From NCBI GenBank assembly GCA_002451795.1, contig DKDJ01000002.1, forward strand, positions 16,768-80,767: a DNA stretch of 64,000 nucleotides. The letters run 5' to 3'. Origin of the DNA: Bacteroidales bacterium UBA6851 (GTDB lineage Bacteria; Bacteroidota; Bacteroidia; Bacteroidales; UBA932). Both the position numbers and the translations under genes were made by a program. The notes beneath the pieces were generated by a model. That model did not search any database, was not told the DNA's origin, and worked only from the letters and a program-made list of their open reading frames with translations. This document shows positions 20,532 through 31,886 of this stretch, piece by piece (positions within the stretch are counted from its first letter, which is position 1; the number at the start of each line of letters is the position of its first letter).

Positions 20532-21371
20532 ATGGGAAAAAGAATATGCGCTCTGACTATGGTCAGAAATGATGACTTCTACCTCAGAAAATGGGTGGAG
20601 TACTATGGGCGTGAACTTGGCCTTGATAATCTTTATATCTATTTTGATGGGAAAGATCAGCCAATACCTGACTTCTGTGAGGGGACCCGTGCCTTTTTGG
20701 AGGATAAGATACCGGGGCAGGTGGTGGAAATGGAGAAGATCAGGCTATCTTTCCTTTCCGAGAGGGCGAAATGTCTTTTTGAAGAAGGCTATGACCTTGT
20801 AATCGGCGTGGATGCAGATGAGTTCCTGATTCCGGATCCGCGACTTGGTCTTGGCTTAGCTGACTATCTTGACCGGTGTGATATACGTGATTCTCTTTCC
20901 GGGCTTGGGGTAGATGTGGGGCAGAGACTTGGTGAGGAGCCTGATATTGATGGCTCTCGCACTTTCCTCTCACAACGCCATTATGCGCGTCTTTCCACGC
21001 GCTATACAAAGCCGAGTGTGATGGCAAGACCGCTTGTGTGGGGCAGTGGATTCCATCGTATCAAAGGGCATAATTTCCATATAGCCAGAGACTTGTATCT
21101 TTTCCATTTCGGATATTTCGATATGGGCAGGATAAAGGCGCGTTTCGATGATCCTTCGCGCAGACAAGCCGGATGGACCAAGCATTTGGAACGACGCTCG
21201 GAAACTATTCGCATGGTGTCTTCGCACAAAGTCAGGGAATGGGACAAGTGGACTTCAATCGCGAGATGCGTTCAGACTCTTGTGCGCCCACCTTATGCGT
21301 GGAATAAGCCGGCGATGTTTGAAGCTATCCTAATTGTGCGTATCCCAGACAGGTTCTCCAATATAATATAG
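20532..21371 (+). CDS. Glycosyltransferase family 2-like protein
   Basis: TMVRND..WVEYY, VDADEF DxD motif, GFH, LFHF; start set at MGKRICAL. Confidence 0.75.
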   Translation: MGKRICALTMVRNDDFYLRKWVEYYGRELGLDNLYIYFDGKDQPIPDFCEGTRAFLEDKIPGQVVEMEKIRLSFLSERAKCLFEEGYDLVIGVDADEFLIPDPRLGLGLADYLDRCDIRDSLSGLGVDVGQRLGEEPDIDGSRTFLSQRHYARLSTRYTKPSVMARPLVWGSGFHRIKGHNFHIARDLYLFHFGYFDMGRIKARFDDPSRRQAGWTKHLERRSETIRMVSSHKVREWDKWTSIARCVQTLVRPPYAWNKPAMFEAILIVRIPDRFSNII

Positions 21372-21375
21372 TAGG

Positions 21376-22110
21376 CTACTCGAACATCAGTTTTTCTATG
21401 AAGACCTGATGGTCTGAGCTTCGCCCTTCCACTATGTGTTCCCCTTCTGGGGTTATGCAGTGGAAGAGTTCTACTGTCTCTCCCAGCAGTGTCTCTTTGT
21501 TGAAGTTGATGCTGAGCTCCTTGAGCGTCATGGTCATGGCAATATTGTTCGGAAGGCTGTCAAGTGCCCATACAGTGTATTTGACATTGTTGGCGTGCCC
21601 ATTGTAGTCCACGTCAGAATACTTGACGGTATGCTCTCCAATCTTCTCCAGGGTGCATTCTCGCGGTATTGTAATTTTGCCGCATGGTTCGCTTATAGCA
21701 TGGTCTTCGCTCTGCGCGCCGGCTGAGAGAAGCTCCAAGACCTTCTCGTCCCTGCTGATACGTCTTGTATCGGCATTCATCACTATCCATGAGCTGGTGG
21801 CGTTGACTGCCGCTCCACGACTGTCACAGAGCTGGTAGTCTCTCAGAAAGTAGAGCCCGTTCTGTCCCTTGTGCCATGTCGATAAGTCCACTTTCTCATC
21901 GAATACGACGTCTCTCTCGAATCTCACGTGCATTCTGGCAAGTACCCAGATGCATCCGAGTCCCGCAAGTGCTGTGTCATTAAAACTAAGTGTCTGCGCC
22001 CCTTTTACTGCAAGTTGCTGTGCGAAGTCAAGGAATGCTTCAGCGCGCATCTTGTGGTGTGAGTCAGAACGGTAGCAGGTAATAATATCTTTTTCGCAGT
22101 ATTTTTCCAT
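21376..22110 (-). CDS. Acyl-ACP thioesterase
   Basis: Double hotdog pattern, WVLAR, catalytic DVDYNGHANNVKY. Confidence 0.88.
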   Translation of the reverse strand: MEKYCEKDIITCYRSDSHHKMRAEAFLDFAQQLAVKGAQTLSFNDTALAGLGCIWVLARMHVRFERDVVFDEKVDLSTWHKGQNGLYFLRDYQLCDSRGAAVNATSSWIVMNADTRRISRDEKVLELLSAGAQSEDHAISEPCGKITIPRECTLEKIGEHTVKYSDVDYNGHANNVKYTVWALDSLPNNIAMTMTLKELSINFNKETLLGETVELFHCITPEGEHIVEGRSSDHQVFIEKLMFE

Positions 22111-22111
22111 T

Positions 22112-22891
22112 TTATTGTATATAGATGATAGGGTTGGTGTCTATGCTTGTTTTGACAACTTTCAGCCCCGAAAATTTTGAGTATAGCAGGTCGCAGAGCA
22201 AATCCATGGTAAACTGTTCACTCTGATAGTGTCCGAGTTCCGCGAGAAGCATACCAGAATTCTCGAAATAATCGTGATAGTGGAACTCTCCGCAGACAAA
22301 ACAGTCGGACTTAGCATTGATTGCGTCCTTCATGAGAAAAGCTCCTGCTCCTCCGCATACGGCCACCTTTCTGATTGTCCGCCCGTCAGGCTGGGAGCAA
22401 CGCAAGCTTCTTACCTTGAACTTGTCTTTCAGCATGGCGTAGAAGACCTCGTCTTGCATCGGAGACACAAGTGTTCCTACTATTCCGGAGCCGGAAACCC
22501 CATCATGGTGCGGAAGCAGCCATGAAAGTTCCGAGAGGCCAATGGTATCTGCTATACGGTAATTCACCCCTCCCGGAGCATTATCCAGACTCGTATGGGC
22601 AGAGTAGATGGAAATGCCATGCGTAATAGCTTTCGCGACGCATCTCTGCTGGTATGTGATTCCGCACACCTGTTTCAATGCCTTGAAAATCAATGGGTGA
22701 TGCGATAATATAAGGTCTGCCTTGCGCTCGATTGCCTCGTCCACAATTTCTTCGGTGATATCCAGACATACAAGGATGGATTCGATTTCAGCCTCTGGGC
22801 TGCCGACTTGAAGACCGGAATTGTCGAAGTCGTCCTGGTATGACAAGGGCGCAACTGATTCTATGGCTGAAATGATTTCTTGGAGTTCCAT
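22112..22891 (-). CDS. Nif3-like dinuclear metal protein (YbgI family)
   Basis: DNSGLQVG, SHHPLIF, HTSLD, VAVCGGAG, GHYQSE. Confidence 0.93.
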   Translation of the reverse strand: MELQEIISAIESVAPLSYQDDFDNSGLQVGSPEAEIESILVCLDITEEIVDEAIERKADLILSHHPLIFKALKQVCGITYQQRCVAKAITHGISIYSAHTSLDNAPGGVNYRIADTIGLSELSWLLPHHDGVSGSGIVGTLVSPMQDEVFYAMLKDKFKVRSLRCSQPDGRTIRKVAVCGGAGAFLMKDAINAKSDCFVCGEFHYHDYFENSGMLLAELGHYQSEQFTMDLLCDLLYSKFSGLKVVKTSIDTNPIIYIQ

Positions 22892-22892
22892 G

Positions 22893-25091
22893 CTACTTCA
22901 TCCATCTATCAAGCCAGTCATAGAATGTACGATGCCAGTAAAGAGAGTTCTGCGGCTGGAGAATCCAGTGATTCTCTTCCGGGAATATCACAAGTTTGGA
23001 AGGAACTCCCATCATCTGTGCTGCATTGAACGCTGCCATTCCTTGCTCATAAGGAATGCGGAAGTCCATCATTCCGTGGATGCAGAGAATAGGAGTGTGC
23101 CATTTGGTCACCATGGATGATGGAGAGTTGGCGTAATGCTTTTGTGCTTTCGGCGTGGATGCATAAGGTGCTCCGGCCTGCTGCATTCCTCCGAACGTGA
23201 TGCCGTCTCCCTTAGGCCCCATCTGTCCTTCGGTGTAGGAGTATTCTGTGAGGCCGCCGTTGTCCCAGTTGGCGAACCACATCTCTTCGGTGGTGAACCA
23301 TAGCTGCTTCTCGTCAAAGATGCCTGCATGTGCTATGAAGCAGTCATAGAGGTCACCGTGCAGTCCTTCAAGCATATAGGCAGAGTATCCGCCGTATGAT
23401 GCTCCCACACAAGCGAGCTTTCCGACGTATGGCTTGCTCTTGATATAGCGTCCGGCAGCGAGGTAGTCCTGCATGTTGAGGCCGCTGTAATCTCCAGAAA
23501 TCTGCTCTTTCCACTCCTGTCCGAAAGCTGTGGTGCCTCGGCGGTTCGGGAGTATGACTATGTACCCTTGCTGTGCCATAAGGCGGTAGCACCATCTGTA
23601 GCTCCAGTCCTGTGAGTTGGTGCCTTGCGGGCCGCCAAGAACTATCTCAATAGCCGGATATACCTTGTTCTCGTCAAATTCGGGAGGATAGATTACCCAG
23701 CATTGCATCTGCTTGTGATCTACTGTCTCCACGTGGATGCTTTCTTCCTTGATTGGCTTGAGCTGGCTTAGGATATGCTCGTTCTCTGATGTGATCTGCT
23801 TGTAGGTGGTGCCTGCTGCCGTAATGTCCACTTCAACAAGTTCAAGAGGAAATTCCAGGCTGTAATATGAACATAGGAGCCGTACTCCCTCAGAGTGCTC
23901 GATAACGGCGAAAGGTGAGAAGAAGTCGAACCACCAATCTTTCTCTGTTATGCGCTGAATCTCACCGCTAAGGTCTGCGCAGAAAAGCCCCTGAATACCT
24001 TCTGAAACCAGAGCATTGAAGAAGACTTCGTCTCCGTGCCATACCGGACCTGCCACATCGTGATCGAAGTTGATGCTGAGGTCGCGTGTATTGGAGACGA
24101 TGGTGTCTGCGGATAAATCCGTATCACATACCATAAGCCTCTGCTGGTCTGCCTCGTATCCATCGCGTGCCATAGATATCCATGCGAGATGTCTGCCGTC
24201 TGGACTCCATACGGGGTCAGTATCGTATCCGCCTCCATTTGTAACCTGTACGGTAGCGCCGCTGAATATGTCGTATATGTATATGTCGGTGTTGGTGCTG
24301 AAGGCGTACTGCTTTCCTGTTTTCTTGCGGCAAGAATATGCTATGTGTCTTGAGTCCGGTGCCCAGTCAAGTTGCTCGACTCCGCCGAACGGCTCTGTCG
24401 GAAGCTCGAACCTGTTGCCCTCACCGAGTATGTCCATAGAGTTGGCTTCAGTGATGACCTGCCCGTTTAGCGGGGCTACGTAACTGCGGGGGATGTCTGT
24501 AACCCAATGATCCCAGTGTCTATACATCAGATCTTCGGTGGCGTACGCCTGTGCCTTGTCAAGGGCTGGGTCACTGTCAGACGGTGTCTGGACTGCGCTA
24601 TTCTTGATGGTACTGGTGTATATGAGATTACATTGGTCTGGGGAAAGCTTGAACTCGGATATGCCGTTCTGGACATTGCTTATTTTCTCTTTCTTGCCTA
24701 GTTTGTCTCCTTTCAGTGTGGCTTTCCAGATCTGCCCGTCCTGAATGAAGAATATGCTGCTGCCATCAAGAGACCAGCGAGCATTGCTTACGCTTTTGGC
24801 ATATCTGGTCAGCTGGATTCGGTGACTGCCGTCAGTCTCGCAGATGAAGAGGTTGCGGCAGCTGCGGTTGTCCGTTATTGAATTGTAAGATACTCCATAG
24901 AGTATTCGTGTGCCGTCAGGTGAAATCTGCGGGTCAGAGAGACGACCCATCTCAAGAAGCGTTTCTGGAGTCATCACTCCGTCTTCGATTCTGATATCGG
25001 ACTGCCCGATATATCCGCTATCTTCGTGTTTAGTACATCCCATAATCAATGCGGCGGCCATTGCGCCAATTATCATTTTCCTCATATACAT
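22893..25091 (-). CDS. S9 family serine peptidase (DPP5-like lipoprotein)
   Basis: Lipobox MGC, beta-propeller SPDG repeats, GASYGG nucleophile, DFRIP, EENHW; -7 motif TATCTTTG at 25171-25178 (-). Confidence 0.92.
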   Translation of the reverse strand: MYMRKMIIGAMAAALIMGCTKHEDSGYIGQSDIRIEDGVMTPETLLEMGRLSDPQISPDGTRILYGVSYNSITDNRSCRNLFICETDGSHRIQLTRYAKSVSNARWSLDGSSIFFIQDGQIWKATLKGDKLGKKEKISNVQNGISEFKLSPDQCNLIYTSTIKNSAVQTPSDSDPALDKAQAYATEDLMYRHWDHWVTDIPRSYVAPLNGQVITEANSMDILGEGNRFELPTEPFGGVEQLDWAPDSRHIAYSCRKKTGKQYAFSTNTDIYIYDIFSGATVQVTNGGGYDTDPVWSPDGRHLAWISMARDGYEADQQRLMVCDTDLSADTIVSNTRDLSINFDHDVAGPVWHGDEVFFNALVSEGIQGLFCADLSGEIQRITEKDWWFDFFSPFAVIEHSEGVRLLCSYYSLEFPLELVEVDITAAGTTYKQITSENEHILSQLKPIKEESIHVETVDHKQMQCWVIYPPEFDENKVYPAIEIVLGGPQGTNSQDWSYRWCYRLMAQQGYIVILPNRRGTTAFGQEWKEQISGDYSGLNMQDYLAAGRYIKSKPYVGKLACVGASYGGYSAYMLEGLHGDLYDCFIAHAGIFDEKQLWFTTEEMWFANWDNGGLTEYSYTEGQMGPKGDGITFGGMQQAGAPYASTPKAQKHYANSPSSMVTKWHTPILCIHGMMDFRIPYEQGMAAFNAAQMMGVPSKLVIFPEENHWILQPQNSLYWHRTFYDWLDRWMK

Positions 25092-25352
25092 ACGATATTA
25101 GTCGTGCAACTTCTGTCTGTCAAATCCGTCTTATTGGAGAGATTGAACCGACGGACTGAGACGATTCTCACAAAGATAGCGATTATTTTTAAAATTTGTC
25201 CGAATGTCGGACTGAAGCCCATTCATGACGCCTTAATGTCGCGAAAAGTCTGTTCTCTGACATATTGTCATGGCTTGTATAATAATGAGAAAATGTCTAT
25301 ATTTGCGCGCGATTTTTGTAGAAATCAGATTTTACTAGATTCAATTAATATT

Positions 25353-26957
25353 ATGGCAAAGATTGATTTAAGCAAGTACGGAGTTAAGGGAGCTACAGAG
25401 ATCCTTTATAATCCGACCTACGAAGTCCTCTATAATGAGGAGACCAAGCCAGGTCTTGAAGGCTATGACAAAGGTCAGGTGACTGAGCTTGGTGCTATCA
25501 ATGTGATGACTGGCGTTTATACCGGTCGTTCTCCTAAGGACAAATACATCGTTATGGACAAGAACTCCAAGGACACCGTATGGTGGAACACTCCGGAGTA
25601 TCCTAACGACAACCATGAACTCTCCGAGAAGGTATGGAAGGAACTTAAGAACATCGCTACCAAGGAGCTTTCTGGTAAGAGGCTTTTCGTAGTGGATGGA
25701 TTCTGCGGTACCCACAAGGACACCCGTATGAAGGTTCGTTTCATCATGGAAGTGGCATGGCAGGCACACTTTGTGACTAACATGTTCATCCGTCCTCAGA
25801 ATCAGGCAGAGTTCGATCAGGAGCCTGATTTCGTAGTATACTGCGCATCAAAGGCAAGAGTTGAGAACTACGAGGAGCTTGGACTCCGCTCAGATACCGC
25901 TGTTGCATTCAACGTGACCAGCAAGGAGCAGGTTATTCTCAATACATGGTATGGTGGTGAGATGAAGAAGGGTATGTTCTCAATGATGAACTACTACCTT
26001 CCACTTAAGGGCATCGCTTCTATGCACTGCTCTGCCAATACCGACATGAATGGTGAGAACACAGCTATCTTCTTCGGACTTTCTGGAACAGGAAAGACTA
26101 CTCTTTCTACAGATCCTAAGCGTCTTCTTATCGGTGATGATGAGCACGGCTGGGATGATGAGGGTGTATTCAACTTCGAAGGTGGATGCTACGCCAAGGT
26201 TATCAAGCTTGACAAGGAGTCAGAGCCGGATATCTACAACGCTATCCGTCGTGATGCACTTCTTGAGAACGTAACAGTCGATGAGAACGGAAAGATCGAT
26301 TTCAACGACAAGAGCGTTACCGAGAATACCCGTGTATCTTACCCTATCTATCACATCAATAAGATTGTTCGTCCGCTCTCACAGGGCCCTGCAGCAAAGC
26401 AGGTGATCTTCCTCTCTGCTGATGCATTCGGAGTTCTTCCTCCAGTGTCTATCCTTACTCCAGAGCAGACCAAGTACTACTTCCTTTCTGGATTTACAGC
26501 TAAGCTTGCCGGAACAGAGCGTGGTATCACCGAGCCTACTCCGACATTCTCTGCTTGCTTCGGACAGGCATTCCTTGAGCTTCACCCTACGAAGTATGCT
26601 GAGGAACTCGTTAAGAGAATGGAGAAGAGCGGTGCCAAAGCATATCTTGTGAACACCGGATGGAATGGAACTGGAAAGCGTATCTCTATTCGCGATACCC
26701 GTGGAATCATTGACGCTATCCTTGATGGTTCTATTGACAAGGCTCCAACCAAGACTATCCCTTACTTCGACTTCCAGGTTCCTACTGAGCTCAAGGGTGT
26801 TGATACAGGCATTCTTGATCCTCGCGACACTTATGCAAATCCTGCTGAGTGGGAAGAGAAGGCAAAGGATCTTGCAGGTCGTTTCATCAAGAACTTCCAC
26901 AAGTACGAGAACAACGAGGCTGGTAAGGCTCTCGTGGCAGCAGGTCCGAAACTTTAA
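25353..26957 (+). CDS. pckA: Phosphoenolpyruvate carboxykinase (ATP)
   Basis: [27 protein letters not shown]; strongly biased codons; true start MAKIDLS downstream of promoter TATATTTG at 25298-25305. Confidence 0.97.
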   Translation: MAKIDLSKYGVKGATEILYNPTYEVLYNEETKPGLEGYDKGQVTELGAINVMTGVYTGRSPKDKYIVMDKNSKDTVWWNTPEYPNDNHELSEKVWKELKNIATKELSGKRLFVVDGFCGTHKDTRMKVRFIMEVAWQAHFVTNMFIRPQNQAEFDQEPDFVVYCASKARVENYEELGLRSDTAVAFNVTSKEQVILNTWYGGEMKKGMFSMMNYYLPLKGIASMHCSANTDMNGENTAIFFGLSGTGKTTLSTDPKRLLIGDDEHGWDDEGVFNFEGGCYAKVIKLDKESEPDIYNAIRRDALLENVTVDENGKIDFNDKSVTENTRVSYPIYHINKIVRPLSQGPAAKQVIFLSADAFGVLPPVSILTPEQTKYYFLSGFTAKLAGTERGITEPTPTFSACFGQAFLELHPTKYAEELVKRMEKSGAKAYLVNTGWNGTGKRISIRDTRGIIDAILDGSIDKAPTKTIPYFDFQVPTELKGVDTGILDPRDTYANPAEWEEKAKDLAGRFIKNFHKYENNEAGKALVAAGPKL

Positions 26958-26980
26958 TATAGACTGCTGATATTCTAATG

Positions 26981-27021
26981 GACAAGCATCGTGGGCATAG
27001 CCCTGCGGTGCTTGTCTTTTT
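26981..27021 (+). terminator. Intrinsic terminator after pckA
   Basis: GACAAGCATCGTGGGC...GCCCTGCGGTGCTTGTC-TTTTT. Confidence 0.85.
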
Positions 27022-27072
27022 GTTTTCTCGCAACAATTGTATATATTTGAAGAATTAAACTATTACAAGATT

Positions 27073-27621
27073 ATGGCAATTATTATTGTTGTCGCAGTCG
27101 TTGCGATTATCGTACTTTGGTTTGTCGGCGTTCAGAGAAAGCTCGTTTCGTCTGATGAACTATGTCAGAATTCAATGAGCCAAATAGGTGTCCAGCAGCA
27201 GAGCCGTTGGGATGCCGTTTCCGCACTTGTGAAACTTACTAAGTCATATAACGAGCATGAGTACAATACTCTTGTGGATGTGGTTAGGCAGCGGAAGGAT
27301 ATTACTCGTACCAGCACAGCCGCTGAGGCCAACACACAGGAAGAGGTGCTTGCTACGGTATCTGACAGGATTAGGCTTGTGGCTGAGCAGTATCCTGAAC
27401 TGAAGGCCAATGAGACTTATTCCAAGACTATGGATAGTCTTAACAATTACGAGAATCAGGTTCGTATGAGCAGGATGGTCTTTAATGACTCTGTTACCAA
27501 ATACAACCGCATTGTACGTCAGTTCCCGGATTCTCTCGCCGCCGGAATACTGAAATTTCAGGTTAGGGAGTATTTGAAAGAGGTGGAATCAAAGAAAGAA
27601 CTGCCTGAAATTAATATATAG
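27073..27621 (+). CDS. lemA: LemA family protein
   Basis: N-terminal TM, AEQYPELKAN, FN..V..YN..VRQFP; start MAIIIVV after promoter motif 27042-27049. Confidence 0.9.
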   Translation: MAIIIVVAVVAIIVLWFVGVQRKLVSSDELCQNSMSQIGVQQQSRWDAVSALVKLTKSYNEHEYNTLVDVVRQRKDITRTSTAAEANTQEEVLATVSDRIRLVAEQYPELKANETYSKTMDSLNNYENQVRMSRMVFNDSVTKYNRIVRQFPDSLAAGILKFQVREYLKEVESKKELPEINI

Positions 27622-27627
27622 AGCCTG

Positions 27628-29253
27628 ATGCGTAGACTCATTGCTTTTATTGTGGCGGCATTGGCGACAACCTTTGCCGCTTCGGCGTTTGAACAGGCCA
27701 TAAGGAACATTAATGTCCGTGTGGACTTGGATAAGGACGGCAGTGCTTATGTCACCGAGCGGTGGGATGTGTGCGTGGCGGATGGTACCGAGTGGTATCT
27801 TGTAAGGTACAATCTTGGTGATATAGTCATTCGGGATCTTTCTGTAAGTGATGAGAGCGGGCGTCTGTTTGAGAATGTAGGAGAATGGGACGTACATAAG
27901 AGTCTTGAGCAGAAGGCTGGAAAGTGTGGCATTGCGCATACTTCTGATGGGGATGAGTTGTGCTGGGGCATTGGCTCTTATGGAGACCATGTATATACAG
28001 TGCGGTACATAATGACCAATGTTGTCAAAAGTCTCAATGACTATGATATGCTGCATCTTCAGTTGGTGTCTCCAGGGTTGAGTGCGAGCCCGGAGAACGT
28101 GACGGTGCGGGTGGCTGCGGATTCCGTTGCTCTGGATACGTCTAACGCCAGAGCGTGGGGATTTGGATTTGTGGGATCGTGTGAGTTTAGTGGCGGGGAA
28201 GTGGTGTATCAGAGTACTGAGCGTTTTCGTCATGGGAGCTCTGTCATTGCGCTTTTGAGGTTTGACAAAGGGATTTTTGATTCGCCAAGCAGGCAAGCGC
28301 GTGATTTCGAAGATGTATATGAAAAGGCTGTTGAAGGCTCGGATTTCGATGATGATGAGGAGGGGTTTTGGCTTTTTCTTGGGACAATTGCTGCTATTGG
28401 TATAGGATCTGTGGCTATGGCCATCGTAGCCAAAAGGAAACGCAGATTCAAGATTCTTGGGTGCAAGGACAAAGACATAACTTGGTGCCGAGAAGTGCCA
28501 TACGGAGGTAATGTCCTTGAGGCAGACTTTATTCTCTCCAAGCTCGGGGAGTCGAGGAAGGGCAGTTTTGTTGCATCGGCCCTGATTCTCAGAATGATTT
28601 ATGATGGATATCTGTCAGTTCAGAGAAATGCTAAGGGAAAGGTCGATATCGGGTTTTCAGGAAAGGATGTGGAAGGGCTAGATGATGTGTCTGCGGAGTT
28701 GTTTAATATGATGGTGGATGCCAGTGGCTCTGATAGAATCCTTCAGGATAAAGAGTTTTCTCGATGGTCTGCTTCTCACGAGAAGCGCGTTCATCAGTGG
28801 GTTGTGATGTCTGAGCGGCAGGCCCGGAGGCAGTTAGCGGAAGATCATTTCGGACGCCCGGGGCAGTACACAAAGGCTGGACAGCAGCAGGCGCGCAACC
28901 TTCTGGGATTCAAGATGTTTTTATCAGATTTTACTCTTGTTTCTGAAAGGCAGACACCAGAAGTGGTACTTTGGCGTGACTATCTGGTATTCGGGGCATT
29001 GTTCGGCATAGCCGATAAGGTGGCTTCTGAACTGAAAGATATTAATCCTCAATTCCTTGAGTCTATGAATGGGTTTGATAATGATACTCTTGGAGATGTG
29101 ATTCTTCGTACTAACATGCTATCCAGAGCTATCATTACCAGTGATTTTTCCTATGCCGCATCCCAGTCTGCGAAGGGCGGATTCGGAGGTGGTACATCCT
29201 TTGGCGGAGGAGGTGGTTTCAGTGGTGGTGGATTCGGCGGTGGAAGCCGTTAA
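27628..29253 (+). CDS. DUF2207-like membrane protein
   Basis: Signal peptide, DGSAYVTE beta domain, central TM, LW.DYLVFGALFG, Gly-rich GGFSGGGFGGG tail; usual partner of LemA. Confidence 0.8.
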   Translation: MRRLIAFIVAALATTFAASAFEQAIRNINVRVDLDKDGSAYVTERWDVCVADGTEWYLVRYNLGDIVIRDLSVSDESGRLFENVGEWDVHKSLEQKAGKCGIAHTSDGDELCWGIGSYGDHVYTVRYIMTNVVKSLNDYDMLHLQLVSPGLSASPENVTVRVAADSVALDTSNARAWGFGFVGSCEFSGGEVVYQSTERFRHGSSVIALLRFDKGIFDSPSRQARDFEDVYEKAVEGSDFDDDEEGFWLFLGTIAAIGIGSVAMAIVAKRKRRFKILGCKDKDITWCREVPYGGNVLEADFILSKLGESRKGSFVASALILRMIYDGYLSVQRNAKGKVDIGFSGKDVEGLDDVSAELFNMMVDASGSDRILQDKEFSRWSASHEKRVHQWVVMSERQARRQLAEDHFGRPGQYTKAGQQQARNLLGFKMFLSDFTLVSERQTPEVVLWRDYLVFGALFGIADKVASELKDINPQFLESMNGFDNDTLGDVILRTNMLSRAIITSDFSYAASQSAKGGFGGGTSFGGGGGFSGGGFGGGSR

Positions 29254-29262
29254 TCAGAAGGT

Positions 29263-31401
29263 ATGTCTGCAGGTGATACCAATATCCAGTACCTTAGTGG
29301 AGTAGGGCCCAAGAGAGCGGCTCTGCTTAAGAGTGAATTGGGTATTGAGACAGTGGAAGATTTGATTTTTCTTTACCCTTTCCGGTATATTGACCGTAAT
29401 GGGATTACACTGATAAAGGATGTAGTTCCAGGCCCGGCACAGGTGCAGATAAGAGCGCGAGTTGTAAGTCGTACTCTTTATGGGCAGGCAGGATCGTCAG
29501 CGCCGTTGGATGAGAGTGCGTTGACGTCCGGAAGGTGCAAGCGGATGAGTGTTGTCGTGGAGGATGGCAGCGGGCAGATGGAGATGGTTTTCTTCAAGGG
29601 AATCCGGTGGAATTGGCAGCGGCTTTCTCCTGGGAGCGTGTTCTTGTTTTTCGGTAAGCCGCAGGCGTTCGGGAATAAGCTCAATATGGTGCATCCTGAC
29701 GTGGATTCTCCGTCAGGGGCTTCGGGCGGGCTTCCTGAAATTACTGGCGTTTATCCAAGCACGGAAAAGTTAAAGTCTTCTGGTATTACCGGGAAAGTTA
29801 TGTGTCGTCTTATGTCTACGGCATTGAATGAGTATTTGCATCAGTTCGAGGAGACTCTTCCAGACTATATTATGAAGGACAACAACCTTGTATCCAGGCA
29901 GTTCGCGCTTCTTAATATTCACTTTCCTAAAGATAATGTGGCGCTTGTTCGTGCTCAGGCTCGACTGAAGTTTGAGGAGCTTTTCCTGCTTCAACTCTCT
30001 CTTCTTAAGCAGAAATATGTAAAGTCGCGTGCGTCTAAAGGTTTTGTGATGCCTCGTGTAGGAGCGGATTTCCATGCGTGCTACAATGCCCTGCCTTATT
30101 CTTTGACAGGGGCTCAGCAGAGAGTGATCAAGGAGATTCGATCTGATATGATGAGCGGGAAGCAGATGAATAGACTTCTTCAAGGAGATGTCGGGTCTGG
30201 TAAGACCATGGTGGCTGTACTTAGTTGTCTTCTTGCTATAGGTAATGGATTTCAGTCATGCCTTATGGCTCCTACCGAGGTTCTTGCTCGTCAACATTAT
30301 GCTAATGTATGCAAGTACCTTTCGATGACGTCAGTGAAGTGTGCCATCCTCACTGGAAACAGTACGATGCGAGAGCGGAGGGAGATTCATCAGGGGCTTG
30401 AGGATGGTAGTATTGGCCTGGTGGTGGGGACGCATGCTCTTATTGAGGATAATGTTGTGTTTAAGAACCTTGGCCTAGCGGTGATAGATGAGCAGCATCG
30501 GTTCGGTGTGGAGCAGCGTGCAAAACTATGGGGGAAGAATAGTACTCCGCCTCATATCCTGGTAATGACCGCTACTCCGATTCCGAGGACTCTGGCTATG
30601 ACGCTATATGGGGACCTGGATGTATCTGTAATTGACGAGATGCCGCCAGGCAGGAAGCCTGTCAAGACCATGTGTATCAACCAGAGTCGCAAGGTCGCCC
30701 TCTTTAGGTTTATGAAGGAAGAGATCTCACGTGGGCGTCAGATCTTTGTGGTATATCCCCTGATATTTGAGAGCGAGAAGATGGATCTTAAGAATCTTGA
30801 GACCGGATATGAAGAGATAGTGTCGGCTTTTCCGCTTCCTGACTATAAAGTAGCGATAGTGCATGGGCAGCAGACTCCAGAGGAGAAGAATTTCAATATG
30901 GATGCATTTGTGGCTGGAAGGGCCAATATTCTCGTGTCTACGACTGTGATAGAAGTGGGCGTGGATGTCCCTAATGCATCCGTGATGGTAATTGAGAGTG
31001 CGCAGCGTTTCGGACTGAGCCAGCTTCATCAGTTGCGAGGCAGGGTAGGGCGTGGATCTGATGCCGCCTACTGCATACTTGTAAAGGATGACAAAACGGG
31101 CAAGGATGCACAGTCGCGGCTTGACTTGATGTGCTCAACTGAAGATGGCTTTGAACTTTCGGAGCAGGATCTGCGGATGAGAGGACCTGGAGATCTTGAA
31201 GGGACCCAGCAGAGCGGTCTGCCGATAGCTCTAAATATTGCTTCGCTCGCGAAGGATGGTGCTCTTCTGTCGCAAGCAAGGGATTATGCTCTAAGGGTTC
31301 TGGAAAAAGATCCCGAGTTGTCCTCTCCTGATAATATTCGTCTTGATCGTGAACTCCGAAAGGGACGGTACGTGGTAAAGGATTTCAGTAAGATTAGTTG
31401 A
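29263..31401 (+). CDS. recG: ATP-dependent DNA helicase RecG
   Basis: GVGPKRA, LLQGDVGSGKT, DEQHRFG, TATPIPRT, QLHQLRGRVGR. Confidence 0.97.
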   Translation: MSAGDTNIQYLSGVGPKRAALLKSELGIETVEDLIFLYPFRYIDRNGITLIKDVVPGPAQVQIRARVVSRTLYGQAGSSAPLDESALTSGRCKRMSVVVEDGSGQMEMVFFKGIRWNWQRLSPGSVFLFFGKPQAFGNKLNMVHPDVDSPSGASGGLPEITGVYPSTEKLKSSGITGKVMCRLMSTALNEYLHQFEETLPDYIMKDNNLVSRQFALLNIHFPKDNVALVRAQARLKFEELFLLQLSLLKQKYVKSRASKGFVMPRVGADFHACYNALPYSLTGAQQRVIKEIRSDMMSGKQMNRLLQGDVGSGKTMVAVLSCLLAIGNGFQSCLMAPTEVLARQHYANVCKYLSMTSVKCAILTGNSTMRERREIHQGLEDGSIGLVVGTHALIEDNVVFKNLGLAVIDEQHRFGVEQRAKLWGKNSTPPHILVMTATPIPRTLAMTLYGDLDVSVIDEMPPGRKPVKTMCINQSRKVALFRFMKEEISRGRQIFVVYPLIFESEKMDLKNLETGYEEIVSAFPLPDYKVAIVHGQQTPEEKNFNMDAFVAGRANILVSTTVIEVGVDVPNASVMVIESAQRFGLSQLHQLRGRVGRGSDAAYCILVKDDKTGKDAQSRLDLMCSTEDGFELSEQDLRMRGPGDLEGTQQSGLPIALNIASLAKDGALLSQARDYALRVLEKDPELSSPDNIRLDRELRKGRYVVKDFSKIS

Positions 31402-31427
31402 CGTGTATCCTTGTTGTAGAATATAAA

Positions 31428-31470
31428 GAAAAAGGAGACTTGAAATCAATTAGATTCTAAGTCTCCTTTC
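31428..31470. terminator. Bidirectional terminator between recG and the tRNA-Lys pair
   Basis: AAAGGAGACTT...AAGTCTCCTTT inverted repeat. Confidence 0.75.
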
Positions 31471-31472
31471 CG

Positions 31473-31545
31473 TGCTCCCTTAGGGATTCGAACCCTAGAC
31501 ACCCTGATTAAGAGTCAGGTGCTCTACCAACTGAGCTAAGGAAGC
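31473..31545 (-). tRNA. tRNA-Lys (CTT)
   Basis: Reverse complement GCTTCCTTAGCTCAGTTGGTAGAGCACCTGACTCTTAATCAGGGTGTCTAGGGTTCGAATCCCTAAGGGAGCA; cloverleaf with anticodon CTT. Confidence 0.96.
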
Positions 31546-31561
31546 GATTTTCAAATATCTG

Positions 31562-31634
31562 TGACCCGTTCGGGGCTCGAACCCGAGACCCCCACATTAA
31601 AAGTGTGATGCTCTACCAACTGAGCTAACGAGTC
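31562..31634 (-). tRNA. tRNA-Lys (TTT)
   Basis: Reverse complement GACTCGTTAGCTCAGTTGGTAGAGCATCACACTTTTAATGTGGGGGTCTCGGGTTCGAGCCCCGAACGGGTCA; anticodon TTT; promoter TACCTTTG at 31651-31658 (-). Confidence 0.96.
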
Positions 31635-31886
31635 CTCCGTTTTGGGATTGCAAAGGTATGGGTAATTTTTCAGTTATCCAAATTTTTGTCTGTTTTTTTT
31701 GCTTGAAATGCTATTTTCTTTCTATAACAAAAGATGTACAACATTTGTTCTTGAAAACATTTGTTTTATATTTAAAATGTATTATCTTGCAGTGTATTAA
31801 TAAACCGATACACGATTAGCCTCTGAGAGTATTCTTGGGGTGTTTAGATTAATATTCTTATAAATTGAAAATAAACACGTTAGAAA

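Noticed and set aside
25026..25352. 109-aa N-terminal extension of PckA
   Set aside because: Spans the divergent promoter region; the -7 motif at 25298 places the start at 25353
29170..29253. GGN-rich repeat-like DNA
   Set aside because: Explained by the Gly-rich tail typical of DUF2207-like proteins
31428..31660. Island at the tRNA-Lys pair
   Set aside because: The 3' flank runs straight into recG; no duplicated tRNA end or mobile genes
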